This document shows positions 59,922 to 64,000 of a stretch of DNA of 64,000 nt, in pieces. Origin of the DNA: the human T2T-CHM13v2.0 reference genome, Homo sapiens. The notes beneath the pieces were generated by a model that worked only from the letters and a program-made list of their open reading frames with translations, was not told the origin of the DNA and did no database searches. Each line of letters begins with the position of its first letter. The first letter of the stretch is position 1. The translations under genes were made by a program, and so were the position numbers. The stretch lies in the NCBI RefSeq assembly GCF_009914755.1, contig NC_060930.1; one strand, given 5' to 3'.

Positions 59922-62900
59922 GAAAATGTCTTTATTTTGCCTTTATTACAGAATAAGTTTTTGGGATGTAGAATTTTGTTTCAACAGCTTTTTTCTTTCA
60001 GCGCTTTCAAGATGTTGTCTTACTGTCTTCTGACCTACATGGTTTCTGATGAGAATTCTGTGATTATTAGAATGTTTTATATGTAACATATCATTTTTCT
60101 CTAGTTCATGTCAAGATTTTTTTTTCTTTACGTTTAGTTTTCAGCAGCTTATGATGTATTTAAGAATGGTTACCTTTTAATTAGTCTGTTTGGTGTTCAC
60201 TGAGTTTAATGAATCTATAAGTCTGTGTCTTTTACATAATCTGAGACGTGCTTAGCTATTATTTCTTTAAATATATTTTTTTCTATTTCAATATCTTTCT
60301 CCTCCCTCTAATTAAAAATATATTAGGTCATTTATATTGTTTCAAAGGTCTCTGAGGTTTGTTCATTCTTTTTTCATTTTGTTTTCTTTCTCTTTTTCAG
60401 ATTGGATAATTTCTATTGCTCTATTTTCAATTTCCTTGCCTTTTTCATCTACTATTAAGTTCATCCAGTAGTCTTTTTTTAAAAAATTGCATGCATTGTA
60501 TTTTTTTAGTTTAAAATATCTGGTTTGGTCTCCTGAGATTTCCTTTTTTCATTCAGATTTTCTGTTCTTCTTGTAGCAAAATTGTAGTAGCTGCTTCAAT
60601 ATGTTTGATAATTTTAACATCTAAGCATCTCAGGATTGTTTTTTTTTTTTTTTTTTTTTTTTTTGCTTCAGACTGGCTTACTTATTTCTACTTCTTTGTA
60701 TGTGTATGCTGGACACTAAATGTTATGTTATATAGACTTTGGGTTCTGTTATAATCTTCTGAAGAATGTTTGGTTTTAAACAACTAACTTGTTTGGGTTT
60801 CAGTAGACAATCAACTTGATTAATTCTGTCTTGCTTTCTGTTGGCAGTGGTTCAAATCTCAGTTCAGTTCTCTCAGCCTTTGGTATGCTGCTTTGGGTCT
60901 GTCTCACATATGTGTATTATTTTCAGTTAGGCTAAGACCTGTGTGGTCTTATACAGAATTAAATGTTTCCTTCTCTGTCTCTTTACCCTCTGGGATTTCT
61001 CTCCCACCCTCTAGCTGCAGAGACTCCTTTTCCTGTGCCTCTAGCTAGAAGGATGGCAAAGAATCAGAGTTTTAGCTACCTACACTGTAAGGCTGCTCTA
61101 TGGCTGGGTTCCACCTCTGGGCAAAGGTACAAGAGGAAAATATAACTGGGAAACTAATCCCCATACTGAGTGTTTCTCCAGGTTTTGTCTGCCTGCCCTA
61201 GTCGTTAGGTAGTGTTGTTGCTTTTCTAGAATTTGTAGGCATAATCAGTGAAAAGGGATGGATTATAGGAAAATTACACTGCTATGGTAGAACTGGAAAT
61301 TATCCAGTATCCTTTTATTAATAAAGACGAAAGTTACTTCTGTAAAGAACAAAACAGTGATAGGATAGCATGAGTACCAAGCCTACTTCTAGAAGTATTT
61401 AAATTTCTTTTATCATAGTGGGAGACAGTGTTTCCATAGTCAAATTAATTATTCTAGGCATCTGCATAGGATAGAATCTTAGAAATCTGGGGTGGAGGGA
61501 CATTAAAGGTTAGTAGTTTAACCTCATCCTCATCGTTTTACATATCATGCCCCAAAGTGAGAATTGAGGCCTCAGTTAACTCAGTCCACTGTTCAGATTC
61601 ACCATCTAGTTGCTGTATGTGCCATATATTTTCCCATATGTCCTGAAGTCATAGTGTCTGTGTCTGGAGTGTGAACACTTTTACATCTCCCTAACACCCA
61701 AACCTAAACTTTAGACACAATTGTATAAAAGAGGGAACCCAAACAAACATTTGTTGCACTAAATTTAACCAGTTAGGTTTATTTTAAAATTACACTTATT
61801 TTGGTCCAGGGGCATAAATACAAGTTAAGATTTAATAGTTGTCTTTCTGATTTTTTTCTAGTATTATAAGAAATATGAAAAAGACTTAAATGTTCTGTAC
61901 TTTTATAAGAATATAACAAAACTGACTTTAAAAAATAATGAATGATTCAATCTAGAATCTGCAAGACTTGATGCAAGTGATGGTGGTGGAAGTAGCCAAA
62001 TTGGCTATTTAAAAATGTTTTTAGCAAATTTATTAAAATATGAAGATTTATAAAGGAGGTTGAATATTTGGGGGTTTCTCAGAATCCTTTTCCAGTATCT
62101 CCCTGTCTTGAAAGTATTTTATATATTTACTTGAAGATATCTTATAAATTTACATCTTTGGTAATGTTACTTCCATGTAAAATACGTGCAGTACACATAC
62201 TCCAACCCTCCTATAAAATTTAGTTCAGAGCGCTTCACTGCCTGTCAACCCTGATGGCCAGCCTCATCTAACACTTCTGTCATTCAAATAATACTTATTA
62301 TTAATAAATGCCTACTATTGTGCCAGACAGTATCCTAGATATTGGAGATATAGTGGTGGGATGGGGATGGGGAGAGATTTAGACAAAAATCAAGTAAATA
62401 AGTAAGTAAACATCAAAATGCAATGTTTGGTACAAAGGAATAAAGCAGGGTTTCTAATCAAGAGGGTGGGTTGAAGGTGCATTAAAGAGGGAGATAGAGA
62501 AAGGCCCCTTTGACAGATCATATTTTAACTCAATAGTAACCGCCCTTCAGAGATCTTGCAAGCAAAGGGATCAGCAATGGAAAAACGCCCTGAGGCAGAA
62601 ACAAGCTTGGTGTATCAGAAAGACAGAAGGAAGGTGGAGTGGGTAGAGTGGAGTCAGGGATTGGAAAGGCAGCGGGTTAGAGAAGTTGTCATGCTTGAGT
62701 AATTGGGACCTTATCTACTGGATGAGGACTTCAGATGTTATTCATGGTCATTTGCTACAGCCAAACAGACCATCTTCTTTAAAAAAAAAAAGCATCATCT
62801 GTACTTAAACTTTTATGCTATTGCACACATAGCTGTCCCCATATGGACACTCTCTGCCTCATTTCTTCCTGTTGAACTCTTAGCCCATTTTAAAAAATAA

Positions 62901-62979
62901 AGCTAAAATCCAATATCATCCATAAAGTCTTTCCTGATTGCTCTTACATGATATATATATTTTTCCTTTTCTATGTAGC

Positions 62980-63760
62980 CATCCATTCATTCTTGGAAAC
63001 TCAATTAGTCACTGAGAATGCACTATGTTCCAGGCACTGTGCTAGACACTAGGAATACAAAGATAAATAAGACACTGTCCTAGCCTTTGTAAAGCCCATT
63101 ATTTGGTGAAGAAGATAGCCATATGTGAGCAGATCATTATGGTTAAGCATGATGAATGCTCTAATCAATTAAAAATGAAGCACGTTGGGTGGTGGCACAA
63201 AGCATGAAACAACTACCTCTACCTGCATAGAGTTTCAAAGGATGAGTAGGAGTTCAGTGTCTGGGGAGCATGAAGAAGGTCATCTCAGACCCTGGGTCTG
63301 AATATGCAAAGACATCAAGACATGAGTGTGCCTTGTGAGTTTGAGTAATGGTGGAAGATCCAAGATGAACGTCAGAAACTTGAGCATTAAGTTGCAGATG
63401 ATTGTACAGGGCCTTCCACATCTTGCCAAGGAGTTTGGACTTGATAGGTTAGAGGGAATGTTACCTGGTGGCAGTATGGAGGATGATCTTGAATAGGGAG
63501 AGAAGATGAGGGATCATGTTGGTCTGTTGCAATAGTCCAGATGAATGATGGCAAGTATTTAAGCATACATTTCAGCAATGGCAGAATGAATGAACAGGAA
63601 GGGCTGGATCTAAGAGACAATTCTGCCTTAGAAGCTACCAGTATTGGTGACCAATTGAATGTGGAACATATGGGAAAAGGAGAGCTTTTGGAAGGGCTGG
63701 CTTGGGTGAATGATGTTCCCATTAACTAAAATAGAAAACAGAGGTGGAGGAACATGGTTA
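62980..63760 (-). mobile_element. LINE-2 fragment
   Basis: CATTCATTC...ACTGAGAATGCACTATGTTCCAGGCACTGTGCTAGACACTAGG...ATAAATAAGACA, followed by the L2 body. Confidence 0.7.
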
Positions 63761-64000
63761 AAGGAAAGAAAATTAGTTCCATTTTTAACAGGTCATGTTG
63801 GAAATTCCTGCAGCGCACCCCAGACACATATTTTGTTTATTGCATTTACAGCCCAATGGGTACTTAGCAGCAGCTGCTGTGTGTACTGTGCGGTTAGGAT
63901 TCTATTTATAAAGATGACTTATCTCACTGGGTAGTCTGTTCGCCATAAGAAAACAGAATCATGCATTTCACTTCTCCATATGCTCCTTAGCAGTATACAC

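Overview
This is AT-rich primate, almost certainly human, genomic DNA. It is dominated by interspersed repeats: 13 Alus, LINE-1 and LINE-2 pieces, MIR, MaLR/ERV1 solo LTRs, and hAT/Tigger DNA-transposon relics. I find no CpG-island promoter and no exon of a recognisable intact cellular protein-coding gene, so it reads as a large intron or intergenic interval. The centrepiece is a near full-length, + strand L1PA3-type LINE-1 (17156-23476, TSD AAGAATTTCTT) whose 5'UTR was spliced at the L1 +97 donor and +622 acceptor before integration (a SpIRE). A full-length processed RPL29 copy with an intact 157-aa ORF later inserted into its ORF2 (19767-20421, 19-bp TSD). Other non-canonical retrotransposition products are a tailless 40-nt 5S rRNA retrocopy with a 14-bp TSD, a tailless internal L1 ORF2 fragment with an 18-bp TSD, and a tail-to-tail inverted Alu pair 23 bp apart. 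From memory and unverified, the locus may be RPL29P4 in the large first intron of SLC35F1 (6q22). Repeat subfamily names come from recalled consensus sequences, not from a RepeatMasker run. I see no evidence of a wholly new biological system; the most unusual object is the composite of a spliced L1 carrying an intact RPL29 retrocopy.
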